From: Azolla caroliniana
Lineage: Eukaryota > Plantae > Polypodiophyta
Direction of reading: 5' to 3'
Length of the DNA stretch: 64,000 nt
Assembly: GCA_043228905.1 (NCBI GenBank)
Contig: JBHGNT010000008.1
Span: forward strand, 17,856,001 to 17,920,000
The notes beneath the pieces were generated by a model. That model was given only the letters and a program-made list of their open reading frames with translations. It made no database searches and was not told the origin of the DNA. Shown here piece after piece: positions 11,831 through 24,574 of the stretch (position 1 is the first letter of the stretch; the number at the start of each line of letters is the position of its first letter). The position numbers and the translations under genes were made by a program.

Positions 11831-14800
11831 AATCCCTAACCCCAAATATGCCTTTGAATGGCCGAGAAGAGATGCTCAATGTTGCTTTATTCCTCATGTT
11901 GCCTTGCTGCTCTTCTTCTAAGGCGAGAGGAAGGGTTCATATTTGAAAAGGGGGATTATGAATCCCTCCTTTTGTGACACATTTTCACAAAAAAGGGGGC
12001 ATCGCTAACACCCATCCATTCTGTTGTAGTGATATGTGTTGATATATGATTCCTAGAGGATTTTAGCTAAGATATTTATGTATATGTAGTCCTCATCGTG
12101 CAAAACTTGCGAATATTATGCATTGAGGAATCCACAGCCATGTTACGTGTAGTTTATAAATACAATTACGAAAATAGGTGAATGTGGATCACCTCCTTGA
12201 ACACCCAATTGGTTTTGAGGATGGTTCTTTTTTTTTTTTTTTTTTTTCTTCAAAGGTTTTCCTCAGTAGTATTAAGAAAAGACATGTAAATGCTACAACT
12301 TAAGCTTGTGTGCCCAAAAGCTTACAATTGTTCATGTACAATGATATACTATAATCCTAGGACCGAAGATAAGACTTTCTAAAAGGTATTGAAATTTGTT
12401 GTTGCACTCTGCAGTGATTCATTGGTATTCAAGAAAGGGTCCATGGGAGTTGATAGTTCCATTGAGTCCCTTGAGTTGACTCTGTAAACAGGGGTAACTT
12501 TTTCCATAAGTGAAGGAGCTTTTTCTTTCTCTTTTTCACAGTCTCTAGTGAACCTGGTATGTTTTCATATTGGCCGCAGACTACTGCAAACAAGTTCTCC
12601 CATATCTCAAGCAAGTCATCTAAGAGGCGCTGATCTGCCGCATCATAAAGTCGGTTGCAACAACATTTCCATAATGCCCATAACGTTATTGTAGTCATTG
12701 TTTTCCATATCTGGATAGGTCGGACCTGCTTTCGAGGTTGCTGACAGGGGATCACTAATATCAATCTTCTATTATTTACCATCATTGCCTCCTGAACATC
12801 GTTTGTCTCATACAACATCAAATTGGAATGTAGCCTCCCCACATCGTTGATCCCCATGAAAATAGGCAACTGACATTGGTCAAGTTAAAAATAACGAAAG
12901 ACCTTTATTCCATACTTGTTGAGCAAAGGGACAAGACCAAAGGGCATGTTGGGAAGTCTCTTGAGCTACATGGCAAAAGGCACATTGTCAAAGATTGGGT
13001 GTTACATTCCCTTTCAATAAGTGACCAACTAGTAAGGCCGTATGCACTAATAACCATCTGAAGAGAATAAATTTAGTTGGCCCCTTGAATGACCAAATCC
13101 ATCTCCAATAGGTTTTCAAATGCAAACTTGAGACCCCCCAATTGGTTCAATGTTTCTGAGTTGTTGGTATCCTTGCATTCCGAGAGAGTAGTAGTGCTCT
13201 TCCAAGTTTTACTGAGTATTGAAACAAGGGAACCTTTATGATCTATTCCCCCAAGGAATGTGACCAAAACCAACCCCCCGAATCCCATGTTAATCTTGCA
13301 ACCAAGTCTTTTGCATATAACATATCACACATCTGAGTAATTCAAAGTTAAGGATCGAGCATCCATTTCTTTCCAATTTTAGCAACCACTCTATCTGGTG
13401 CACTTCGTAAATGCTATAGATAATTGCACTCAAAGGTGTAAGGTTGTAATGTATGTATGTCCAGGACCTGAAAATAAGAAGTGCACCACCATTAGGTGAA
13501 ACACCCTTGACAGCCATCAATGTGTCATTTACGAAGCATCCAAACCAGATATGTTCCTTCTTGGGTTGAAAGATTGTGGAAAACAAAGAATATGTTGTTG
13601 ATATGCTAGTAGTCATTATCTTGGCACCATGAACAAATTGTGAATGTGTAAGTCGATCTTCTTGTGACATTTGCTGAAATTGAGTCCAAGTTCTTACAGA
13701 TGCTGCAAGCCCGTTATCCAATTTTCCCCAGGCAAGGTAGGTTCTCAAGCCCAACACTTTTCCTACATTATCCCGAAATAAAGAATTGGCAAGAAGAGGT
13801 TGATTAAGAAGTGCATCCCACATAGAAGGCTTGTCCTTAAGCAAGAATGACTTAATCACATCCCATGCCCTTATTGACTCCTAGCAAAAATCTATTGGAT
13901 GCAAGGTCCCACCTTGGTGTTTGTACATCATTCAAGAATAAACACTTAAAAGAGGGTGACAAAACACCACCCGTCTAAGGACGTAACTACATCAATTGAT
14001 TTAGAAATATCCTTTTCCAAGCTTTTGATCCTGACAACAAATTTTGGATCAAACTTTGCACTTTCATTATTCCAGATCTAGAAAATAGCAAAACAGATGC
14101 TATAAACGACATTGAAGCCAGCAATAGAGAGTTTGCTACTACAACCCAACCTGCAAAGGATAATTGTTGGGCATCCCAATGTAGTAATTTACATTTTATT
14201 TACAATAGTAATGGCGATAACATTGCTTCTGGCCGCAAATCTGTACCAAGCATACATCCCAAATAACGAACTAGTTCAGCATGATGAAGCCATCGGAAAG
14301 AAGAACCTGGATACCATGCAGGGTGAGTTTCTTCACCTACCCAAAGTTTGACTGAATTGTTCCAGTTAAGTGATGCACCGGTAGTATCAAAGAGAACCTG
14401 CAAAGCATCTTGTACCCGACGGAGATTACCAATCTCCCCATCAACATAAAGGGCCGTGTCTTCTACAAATTTCAGCATCGAATACAATACGTTGTGTAAA
14501 AGGTAATGTTATGCCTTTTATACCTACCGAGGACGATCTTAGGTAGGAGGATAGGGCTTCCCCAAACAAGATAAAAAGAAAAGGGGCGAGAGGGCATCCT
14601 TGCCGAACTGACCTAGAGATAGGAAATAGTGGCCCATATCCTCCAACAAACAAAATGGAACTAGAAGCATGCCTATATATGGCACAATCACCTTTTATAC
14701 ATGCATTAGGAAAACCTAATCTTGACAGCACTGCCTTAAGAAAGTCCCAATCCACTTTATCATAAGCCTTTTCAAAGTCAAGCAATAATATTGCAAGTTG

Positions 14801-16580
14801 TTTTTTATTTTGTTGAGCTAAAGCAACCATTTCCCAAAACAAAAAGATGTTAAAAAAAATGCTTTTATCTTGCAAAAAACCAGATTGTGTGTCATGAATA
14901 ATAGACGGCAACACCAATCTTTGTCTAAGAGCAATGGTTTTTGCCACAATCTTGTACACGTCATTAAGCAATGTTATTGGCCTCCACTTGGCGACGTCAT
15001 CACACTAGCACTCCGACTTAGGGATCATGTATATGATTCCTTCCATCCATTCCGTAGGCATATTACCGCTGGAAAATATTAAATTAACCTCTCTAGTAAG
15101 TAGAGGACCCAGAAATCCCAATAATGCAAATAGAAGCCAATTCCTATTCCATCTTTTCTCGGACAGACATCCTCTCCTAAGGATTTAGCTGTAGAAAAAA
15201 CCTCCTACGGTGTGGATGGTTGCAATAAATGACATTCCATTCCATCTATAACCTTCTGTTGAACAGTTGCAAGGACAACTTGTCTCTTGTAAAGATTATC
15301 TACCAAAAAAGATAACACAAACAACAATTGATGGTAATAATCCGAGACTATATCTCGCATCTCATAGTTATCTGATGTATAGGATCCATCAAGCCTCTTC
15401 AAAGAAGTAATAGAAAGAGGTTTATTTTTCCGTTTAAACTGATTAAAAAATTCTTTGTTGGCCCGATCCTACCTTTGTGACCAGTGAACAACATTGTGGT
15501 AGTAAAAGAACATTGAGCGTTCCTCTTTCTTTTCTTTTAAAACGCTTTTCACTCGCAGCAAGTCACAATGTAGCATAGATGAAGTTGGATACCTTTCCAA
15601 CAAGTGTTGTACTCTTGCAAGAACACGATGCAAGTTGGCAATTTTTGAATTGCAATGATAAACCAATGTTGCAAGTATTTTTGTGAAGAGAGTCTTTGTA
15701 TCGAGTATGGCATCAACCATATTGCTAGGCAGACACTCGTCCGAGAAGTTATAACTCGACCATATCTGAGTGATCGACATCCTGTGACTATCATTAGATA
15801 ACAATGGAGGAGGGATATTCAATTTCTTGGAATATCGCCTCTTGGTAAATGTAACATGTAAGTTCAAAGGATCATGGTTAGAGATAACTGATCCTGAAAT
15901 AATTCCTAGGTACCCACCCGCCTCCCAAAAGACAATACTATCATAAAATCTATCTAGTTGAGATAAATGTGTAACAGCAACACTCCCATCTCATCGAGAG
16001 AATTGAAGGGATCCTTCTATGCGTGAAAATGAGTGCGCCTTCCATAAATCAAGAAAAACAAAAATAATCCCAACACTTAGCCTCCCATCCTAAAATAGTA
16101 GTATCGATACCTCCCAATCTATCAGCAACATCCTCAATCATATTAAGGTCACCACCCACCAACTAGCAATCCGCTAAATCCGCATAATCAGAAAGAGATA
16201 ACGATAAATCTGCCCTTTTTGAGGCAGAATTAGGGGCATAGAGATTCATGAGGCCAACCTTCTGAGATCCTCTTTTTAAAATAAGGAATTGTGCCCATTT
16301 ATTCATAGTAGTAGTTGCTAACACGATGTGAGATTGCAATTGTTGTCTAATAGCAATGCATAATCCAGCGTAGCGGCCATTGGGGCCAAATGCAGGAACC
16401 TAGAAATGAGTCCATCGTCCTGGTAAAATGGAACCATATTTCCGTATCCTATCCATGCACAGATGATGCTCTTGTAGAAACAAAATATCAATTGTCACGG
16501 ACAAGTATAATAGAGCAAAGAGGAGACGACTAGAACACAAGAGAGAGGAAAAGAACAAGAGCTCAACTTATAGAATCCGT

Positions 16581-17715
16581 TGTCATGAAGATTTTCGCCA
16601 ATGGTGTGAAAATTGCGAGGAATGTCCAAAATCCAGTGTGGTTCTTCACACAAGACATGAAACAATGATAGTGGAGATACTATTTTAAATAAGTTTAATA
16701 TCTTGGCACAAAAAGATGGAGGTCTTGAAGAGCTTTTCAATGCACTTTGCTACATAACAAACGGTCAACTAAGTGTGAAGTTATGTGGGTATGAAGTTGC
16801 GAAAAAAAGAAAAGAAAAACAAACCTGTGAGATGTCCCACACAGATAGGACAAACAAGGATCCTACAATATATAAAGCAAAGCCAAAAGCTATTATTTTG
16901 TGCCTATGTGTAAAGCTAGAGAGTTCAAGGTGACTTGAACTAAGTTAATCAAATGAATGGGTGTGGCCTAGCTACTTGCAAAGGTTTTGGCCAACCAAAA
17001 CCGGACCGACGGACAACATCCGACAGGCGGCGACGGAGCTGGATTTGGATGCGGCGATCGGCCGGTGACGGAACCGGCTAGGGATGCGGACCAAACGGGT
17101 GCAAATCGAACGGATCGGTTGATCGCGGTGCATGGTGTCTTAAAGATATTTGGTGTAATTACAAGACCAAAAGCCTAATAGTATTTTGTGCTTTTAAAAA
17201 GGATGTATGCAAGACTTGAACGTTGCACCTCCAAGTTGAGAATCTATAGGCTTACCATTAAGCCAAATCATTTCTTTAGGGATATGTTTTTTATCACTAT
17301 ACTTTTACATGTAATTCTCATACATGAGAGCTTAGATGATGACATGGCAAGCATGCATTCCGTGCATGTCTTGGACCCTCACATGCACCATATGCATAGA
17401 GGCATCTATAAAAGAATGGGGGAAGGTATTAATCAGGAAGAGCTTGGTACTTTATATCAAAATTAATATTAAAAAGAAAATTCGTTTATCGAATTGATGT
17501 ATTAATCTTGTTCTTCAAATCTAAAGTCAAGAGTTCAATCTTAATCTCTCTCTCAATCTAAAGTTAAGCATTTTATCTTATCTCAATCTCTCTCTTTCAA
17601 TCTATCTTAAATCCTTTCTCGCCAAAGCTAGTGCAAACTTTGAGTCCTTCCGGTCTAGAACCCCGACAGTTCCGCCTCACGATCCACACTTAGTGACGGA
17701 TTTTTTTTCACGACA
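16581..17715 (+). mobile_element. Solo LTR of the element B family, nested in the left LTR of D
   Basis: TGTCATGAAGAT...CACGACA, similar to 6529-7491; 4-bp TSD CCGT/TCGT; the D LTR resumes after it (compare 23355). Confidence 0.88.
17205..17268 (-). other. tRNA-like module in the B-family solo LTR
   Basis: Reverse complement TGGCTTAATGG...GTTCAAGTC; homologous to 7025-7096. Confidence 0.6.
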
Positions 17716-17917
17716 TCGTAATTGGTGTTGTTCACCTTGATTAGAATCAAGCTGCACCTGAGTATTTATACAAGAAGGTAGGGCTATGTAAGCCAACTAG
17801 AAATACAATATGCATGTAATGGAGGATGCATGCAATAGAGAATGCATGAGAATGTGTGCAACCTAGAAACTTCCAATGTTCAATCTATAGTACATGAAGT
17901 TAGATTTAGTACAAGGA

Positions 17918-17992
17918 TGTATAGGTAGCTCAATTGGTAGGGTTACCCAATAGAGACCATGAGATCTTGGGTTCAATCCTTACCTTCCTCCG
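17918..17992 (+). other. tRNA-like module in the D LTR (second copy at 23661-23735), antisense to the element
   Basis: TAGCTCAATTGGTAG (A box/D-loop, from 17926) and GGGTTCAATCC (B box, ~17969-17979). Confidence 0.75.
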
Positions 17993-19436
17993 TGACATGC
18001 ATATGTCTATGACATTATCCTCCCTCTAAGGCTGCCTCCTAACACCAACGACTGGTTTATGAGGGTATCGTTGATGAAAAGCGCGAATTGCCTCCGACGT
18101 ATTTTGTTGATGAAAAGCGCGAATTGCCTCCGACGTATTTTGTAAATGTGTAACTGGGAACGTATTTTGTAAATGTGTAACTGGTTCCCATGTGGTCCGA
18201 AAGAGGGTAACCTTTCCATAAGACCAAGTATTGAAGTCTTTGGCGACGCAAGCGGCGATCGAGGTTCTGGTCAACCTCGTACTTCGCACCTGTCGATAAT
18301 TCCACGGGTGGCGACAGAGGAAGTTTTCATCCTGGAATGCGAGATGGATGGTAGGGTTCGAGGAGAGAGGCATGGAAAACATTGTGAAGCCGAAATCTGG
18401 GGGGAAGCGTTAACGCGAAGGCGACAGGGTTGACATGCTCGAGGATATGGAAGGGGCCTAGCTTTTTGTAGTCGAGCTTCGCGCAAGGATGGGTGGTTGC
18501 GATGTGGCAACGGTAGCAGCCAAACATGTCACCGACTGTGAAGGTCGGAACGACCAAGCGATGTCTGTCATCGTGAGATTTATATTGTTTGCCAGAGGCA
18601 CGGAGCTCGAGGGAGACATCTTGTAAGGTGTGGGCACGCCTCTCGGCTGACGGATTGACGGAAGTCTATGGAATGAAAATGCTAAAACGAGGGTGGAAAC
18701 CACAGTTTGCGAAGAATGGGGAAACCTTAGTTGAGGCATAGATACTATTATTTTTGGAAAATTCCGCCATGGCAAGGAAGCCCACCCAATCATCTTGTTG
18801 GTAGCTGACTGTACACGGGAGGTATTGTTCGAGGATTTGGTTGACTCTTTCGGTTTGGCCATCAGTTTGAGGGTGGTGCGCGGTTGACAAGTTCACAGAA
18901 GTCCTGAATGTCTGTAGAAGTCGGCACCAAAAGTGGGAGATAAATTGAGGACCTCGATAAGAAGTGACATCCTCAAGGAAGTCGTGTAATCGGGCGACAT
19001 TTTTCAGAGAAAGGTGAGTTGTCTCCTTCCCTGAAAGGGTTTTTGCACATGGGACAAAGTGAGCCATCTTCAAAAACCGATCGACAACCACTAGCACCGT
19101 GTCATGGTCACCAACCCAAGGAAGGTCGGTGATAAAGTCCATGGAGAGAGATGCCCAAGGTCGACTGGGAATCGGAAGTGGGTGTAGAAGGCCATATGGA
19201 CGATGGTGAGCCGCTTTGGAGCGAGCACAAACGTCACAAGTTTTGATAAATTCTTTCACCAATTTCCATGGTTGGGGACACCAAAACCCCCAAGACAGCA
19301 ACGCCAGCGTTTTCGTGACCCCAAAATGTCCGACAAGAGGATCATCATGGCAAGTTTGTAGTACTCGGATGCGACATGTGCCAGCTAGTTTGTAAAGGAG
19401 GTGATTACTATAGAGTAGCCCATCCTGATTTGTAAA

Positions 19437-20263
19437 TGTTGGGAGACAGGTCCCTCCGGATGGGAAGGGAGAAGAACCGGCCGAAACCATATGAGGAGGA
19501 CCCCGCTACAGAGAGCCGGATGGTGCAGACCCGGTATGAACCGGATGAGGAGTACCCGGCTACGGAGAGCCGGATGGTGCAGACCCGCTATGAACCGGAT
19601 GAGGAGTACCCGGCTACGGAGAGCCGGATGATACAGACCCGGCTACGGAGAGCCGGATGGTGCAGACCCGGTGAAGACCGAATGAGGAGTACCCGACTAA
19701 AGAGAGCCGGATGATACAGACCCGGTATGAACCGGATGAGGAGTACCCAGCTACGGAGAGCTGGATGGTGCAGACCCCGTGAGAACTGGATGAAGAGACA
19801 TATTCGTAAATATGTTTCTCAGAGTCCATCGAGGCTATATTTGTAAATAGCCAAAAAGTCATATTAGTATAAATATGACTTAGGGCAAACTTATAACTGT
19901 AGTTGTTGTTGTAGTTGTTAATTATTCTTGTTGGTGCAAGAAGTAGAAGAGCGAGCGCGTAACAGTGTACAGAGAGAGAGAGAGAGAAAGAGGTTGTTGC
20001 CTCTGTTGTAACCGCCGCCTGTGGCGAAGATCGTGAGCACGAGGTCGCTGCCTCCGTGAACTCACTGCTGTACATACTAACCTAGTGATAGTTTGCAGCC
20101 TTTGGGCTGCCGTGGTTTTTCCCTAGTTTGGGGTTTTCCACGTTAAACATCCTACGTACTCTTCTCTTCCATTGTGTCATTCTTTATTTCCCGTTTTCTG
20201 TGTATGATCCTAAGCTCGGTTGTGGCCGAGCGTTGCATATAGGGAGCATTTCAGTTCCCGTCA
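19437..20263 (+). mobile_element. Copia-family solo LTR inside the pol of D
   Basis: TG...CA ends; perfect TSD GTAAA; similar to the Copia LTRs at 49780-50371 and 50963-51526. Confidence 0.88.
19491..19795 (+). repeat. 57-bp tandem repeat (~5 units) in the U3 of the solo LTR
   Basis: gaggagtacccggctacggagagccggatggtgcagacccggtatgaaccggat repeated head to tail. Confidence 0.9.
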
Positions 20264-23257
20264 GTAAAGTGACTAAGATCCGAGCTTTGCATTTTCTGGG
20301 ATGGGTTGTTGAGGCGCGCCATGATGTCAATACCGAAAGGGTTTGACATGGTTGCTTGGGCGATCTCATTGAGTAAGGAATCATCATGCAACATATAGGT
20401 TGCAAACATGTGGAGTTGATCGGGCCATAGTAAACAATGCGATTGCTGAGAATATGCGTCGTCACCTGGGCGTAATGCAAAGTCAGGTCGCCGAGAGAGA
20501 GCATCCGCATTTCCGTGTTGAAAACCGAGTCGAAACAAGATTTCAAAGTCGTAGTCGGCGAGAAAAGATGACCATCGAGCCTAGCGCCGATTCAACGTAC
20601 GAGTGGTGGTGAAGTAGATGAGATTCTTGTGGTCAGTCAGCACCTGAATACGATGTTGGGCACCAGTCAAATAGGGTCGCCATTCGGTGAAGGCCGATAT
20701 GATAGTTGCACGCTCCTTGTTGTGGACCGGATAATTAATTTCCGGGGCTGTAAACTTCTGAGAGTAGAAGGCGACTGGGTGCAGGGTGCCATCGTCGTCG
20801 GGCTGAGAGAAGACCACACTATGACAAAGTTGGAGGTGTCAGTTTCAACCTGGAAAGGGCGAGTGGGGTCAGGGCGGAGAGAAAAGTTGTTTTGAGGGCA
20901 TTAAAAGCATTGTGTGTTGTGGGGGTCCAAAGAAATGGAGTATCTTTCCGGGTAAGCTGGATGAGAGGTTGGAATAGGGAAGAGAACCCGTCTATAAATC
21001 GTCTATAATAATTTGCAAAACCAAGAAATGATTATACCTCTTTCAGCCGAGTCGGGAGAGGCCAATCAGTGATTGCTGCTACCTTGTGTTCATCCATTTT
21101 GATCCCGGTCGGGGAGATCATGTAACCCAAGAATTCGACAAAGGTCCTATTGAATTCACATTTCTCACTTTTGGCGAAGAGCCCGGCCGGAGCATTGGTA
21201 AGGCCGAATGGCATCACTTTGTACTCGAAATGTCCATAGCGCGTTCAAAATGCCATTTTCCACTCGTCTCTAGGCTTGATGCGCACCAAATTGTAGGCGC
21301 TCCGAAGTTCGATTTTGGAGAAGATATGTCCAGGTCGGAGTCAATCGAGGAGCGTTGGAATTAAGGGCAGGGGGTAACAATTACACACCGTAACTTTGTT
21401 GAGACCCCGATAATCTACACATAAGCGTAAGGAGTCGTCCATCTTTTTGACAAATAAGATTGGTGCCCTGGCCGGTGATTTGAAGGGTTGAATGAAGCCC
21501 TTCGTCAGATTCTCAGCCAAATATGTGTGGAGAGCATCAAGTTCAGGTTCAGATAACCCATAGATAGGCCCGAATGGGCAATGCTTGCCAGGTCGGAGTT
21601 CAATTGGGCAATCGTAGGGGCGATGAGCCGATAATTGATCGGCATTCTGCTTTTCGAAGAGGTCGGAAAAGTCGCTATATCATATGGGTAAATTGTTCAT
21701 AGGAACGGTGACGTCCCCCAACACAATGGCCAGTGTAGCGACCACACCGGACTCGACCGCAACGGAATCAAGAGAGTGTCGTGACCTAACAAGAATTGGC
21801 CTTACTGGAAAAGTGATGGAGCGGTTACACGAATCCACTGTCAAATTGTGTGTCTCCAACCAAGATAGCCCTAACACAATTGGATGTCTGGGGGTTGCGA
21901 TGAGGTAGAACGTGAGTTCTTCCTTGTGTGCCCTGACTTGAACTACCAATGGGATAGTCGCTTTGGTAACTGCCCCCGAAGAGAGAACCCGATCGTCGAT
22001 TGCTTCAACGGATATGGGTTGTGATGTGCGGACGGTGGGTATATTATGTGCACGGACAAATGATTTATCGATAAAGCAAATAGATGCTCCAGAATTGAGC
22101 AAGGCATGAGAATTTATTGAAGTCGAACCAAAACAAAGACTTACTTGCAAAGAAAACCCTCTTAATGGCGGAACGGACTTGAGAACTGTCCAACGACATG
22201 ACTCCTACTGCAACCGGACTTGGTCGTTTTCCTATTGTTGAGGAACCTCCGCAAGACGTGCACGATGGAATTGGTGTCCCGGGCCCTGCACCAGGCAGTG
22301 ATGGATGACATGGCCGGGGTTGCCACAATAGAGACAGAGTCCACTGTCCCGACGATGTTGGCATTGGGCTTTAGTTAGTGGTTGGAACTGAGCGCGGTCG
22401 ATCTCCATCGGGGTGTGGAAATCAACCTCCGTCGTGGTATGGGTATAGCTGGGTGATGGTAAGGTTGGCGTGGGAGACAAGTAGGGTCTAGCGATTGATG
22501 TGTTTTGGGAAGAAGCCTGAGACCTATGAGTCCCCGGTTCTTCTTGACGAAGTTCGAAGAGACGATTGTCACACTAGACAGCTTGGGAGATTACTTGAGA
22601 CAATGATGTGGGCTCCGAGAAGTTTAAGAGAATGGTCTTGACGTCATTTTGGAGGCCGCGACGGAAATGGTCGCATAGGGCTTGGTCATCCCAACTGACA
22701 TTGCATGCAATCTGACGGAACTTTGAGGTGTAGAACGAGGCTAGACGTGAGCCTTGTTGGAAAGAATAAAGCTTTTTGAGTGCCGTTCATCGCTGATCTG
22801 TCTCGCGAAATGTCGCTTCGAGCTGCTCAATGAACACGGTGAAGTTTTCTAAGAGAGGGGATGACGTCCCGATCAAGGGTGCAAACCACGCTTGCGCCGG
22901 CCCGGAGAGAACCATGCCGACAAGCCCAGCCCGAGAAAAGTCGCTAGCATACCGTTGGGGTTGTAATCGGATGATAAGCTGAATTTGGTTGATGAAGCCA
23001 CGAAGATACGCCCTCGTGCCGTTGAATTTGTCCGGTAGGCTGATGGTTGGTTCGAGGACATATGGATGGGAAGAGGACGTGGCCGGGCTTGGTGCCGACG
23101 GTGGTTGTGACTCGGCGGGTGGTGGATTTCTTGAAGTGCTGGATTACAACTCTCGTAATGATTCCTGAAGGATTTCATTCTCTAGCTAAAGTTGTTACAA
23201 GGCTGTTATGATTTGGTTTAGGTTGTCGACGGAGCCGGACATGGTAGCAAGAAGAGG

Positions 23258-23268
23258 AAGGTGAACAA
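23258..23268 (-). promoter_or_regulatory. Self-priming PBS of D (Tf1/Tcn1 type)
   Basis: On the element strand, TTGTTCACCTT lies 2 nt after the 5' LTR and is complementary to AAGGTGAACAA about 30 nt downstream of TATAAATA in the LTR (17728-17738, 23369-23379). Confidence 0.8.
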
Positions 23269-23326
23269 ACTATCACAGACAAGTACAATAGAGCTAAGAG
23301 GAGACAAGACTAGAACACAAGAGAGA

Positions 23327-23510
23327 GGAAAAGAACAAGAACTTGACTTATAGAATCTGTAACTGGTGTTGTTCACCTTGATTAGAATCAAGGTGCACTT
23401 GAGTATTTATACAAGAAGGAAAAGAACAAGAACTTGACTTATAGAATCTGTAACTGGTGTTGTTTACCTTGATTAGAATCAAGGTGCACCTGAGTATTTA
23501 TACAAGAAGG
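23327..23510. repeat. ~92-bp tandem duplication in the D 5' LTR, covering TATA and the transcription start
   Basis: ggaaaagaacaagaacttgac...gagtatttatacaagaa present twice; single in the other LTR. Confidence 0.85.
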
Positions 23511-24511
23511 TAGGGCTATGTAAGCCAGCTAGAAATAGAGTATGCATGCGGATGCATGCAATGGAGAATGCATGAGGATGCATGCAATAGAGAATGCATG
23601 CAAGCTAGAAACTTCCAATGTTCAATCTATACTACATGAACTTGTTGGATTTGATACAAGGATGTATAGGTAGCTCAATTGATAGGGTTGCCCAATAGAG
23701 ACCATGAGGTCTTGGGTACAATCCCTACCTTCCTTCATGGCATATGTTTATGACATCAATAATACCATATAGTAGAAGTACCTAAATTTGAAAGGCTTGT
23801 CCACCTAGGCCTTGTACATTCCGGGAAAGAAAATGTACGGTGTTCATATTATATAGGATTTAGTGATGTCCTTTTCTTAAGAAGAGCCTCCGGATGGCCT
23901 TTCTAAGCTCTCTCTTGTCTTTTTAAAACCAAATAATTCCCTGCATACTTATGCACCCTATGTTCCTTAACCTACTTTTGGGTGGTTTGAATTGTCAAAG
24001 GATATTGTGAAGCTATAAATTGAAATCCAGCATAAGCGAGTTTATCTACACCCTTAACCATTTCAAAACCCATATTGTTTGGTTGACCAAAAACAGGTTT
24101 TCCTGAAAGATTATCGATAGGAATTGAATTACTAGAGACTTTAAACTGCTTGTTTGCTTCAATTCTCATGACAATTTGAGGCATTTCCACATCAATTGTA
24201 TGTTGAGTGGAAGCATCCTTTTCTTTTGATTTTTCAGAAAAAGCCACATTAACAGATGTAGACAACAGTTGATTCTCCACAATTTTCAAGGGTGGTTGGC
24301 CTACTACCAATCTCGGGAAGGACATGTCTGTCTTTTGTAAGGAAGAATCCAAGTTGAGCCTCTGTTGAGGAAGGTGGGATGATGAGTGGTCCAAAACATT
24401 CACCTCGTATGAACAGTCCTATTCTACATAGAGAGCAGATTGTTACTAAACACATGGTGAGGTTTGTTATGAGATACTTGTGAAGGTGTCTTCCTACACC
24501 CTATCATGATA

Positions 24512-24574
24512 TGGCAAAACTCGAACCCATGACCTTATGCTACATGGGTCGAGCTCTTGACCATTAGACCATAC
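24512..24574 (-). other. tRNA-like module at the U3 tip of E-family LTRs (also 28505-28567, 32396-32458, 58796-58859)
   Basis: TGGT(C/G)TAATGG...GGGTTCGAGT(C/T)TTGCCA, always antisense to the element. Confidence 0.72.

Larger units (their letters stand above)
16493..23755 (-). mobile_element. Tcn1-like chromoviral Gypsy element D, full outline, decayed
   Basis: LTRs 16493-18014 and 23271-23755; perfect TSD TCAAT; PPT at 18015-18031; order gag(CLYCGNPGH)-PR-RT-RH-INT(SMDFITDLP)-chromodomain (YLVLWKGYP); RT YxDD segment deleted near 21185. Confidence 0.93.

Noticed and set aside
12200-12227. L1 target-site duplication
   Set aside because: No match between the flank of the poly(T) and the sequence at ~33418
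19491-19795. CRISPR-like array
   Set aside because: Head-to-tail repeats without unique spacers, inside a eukaryotic LTR
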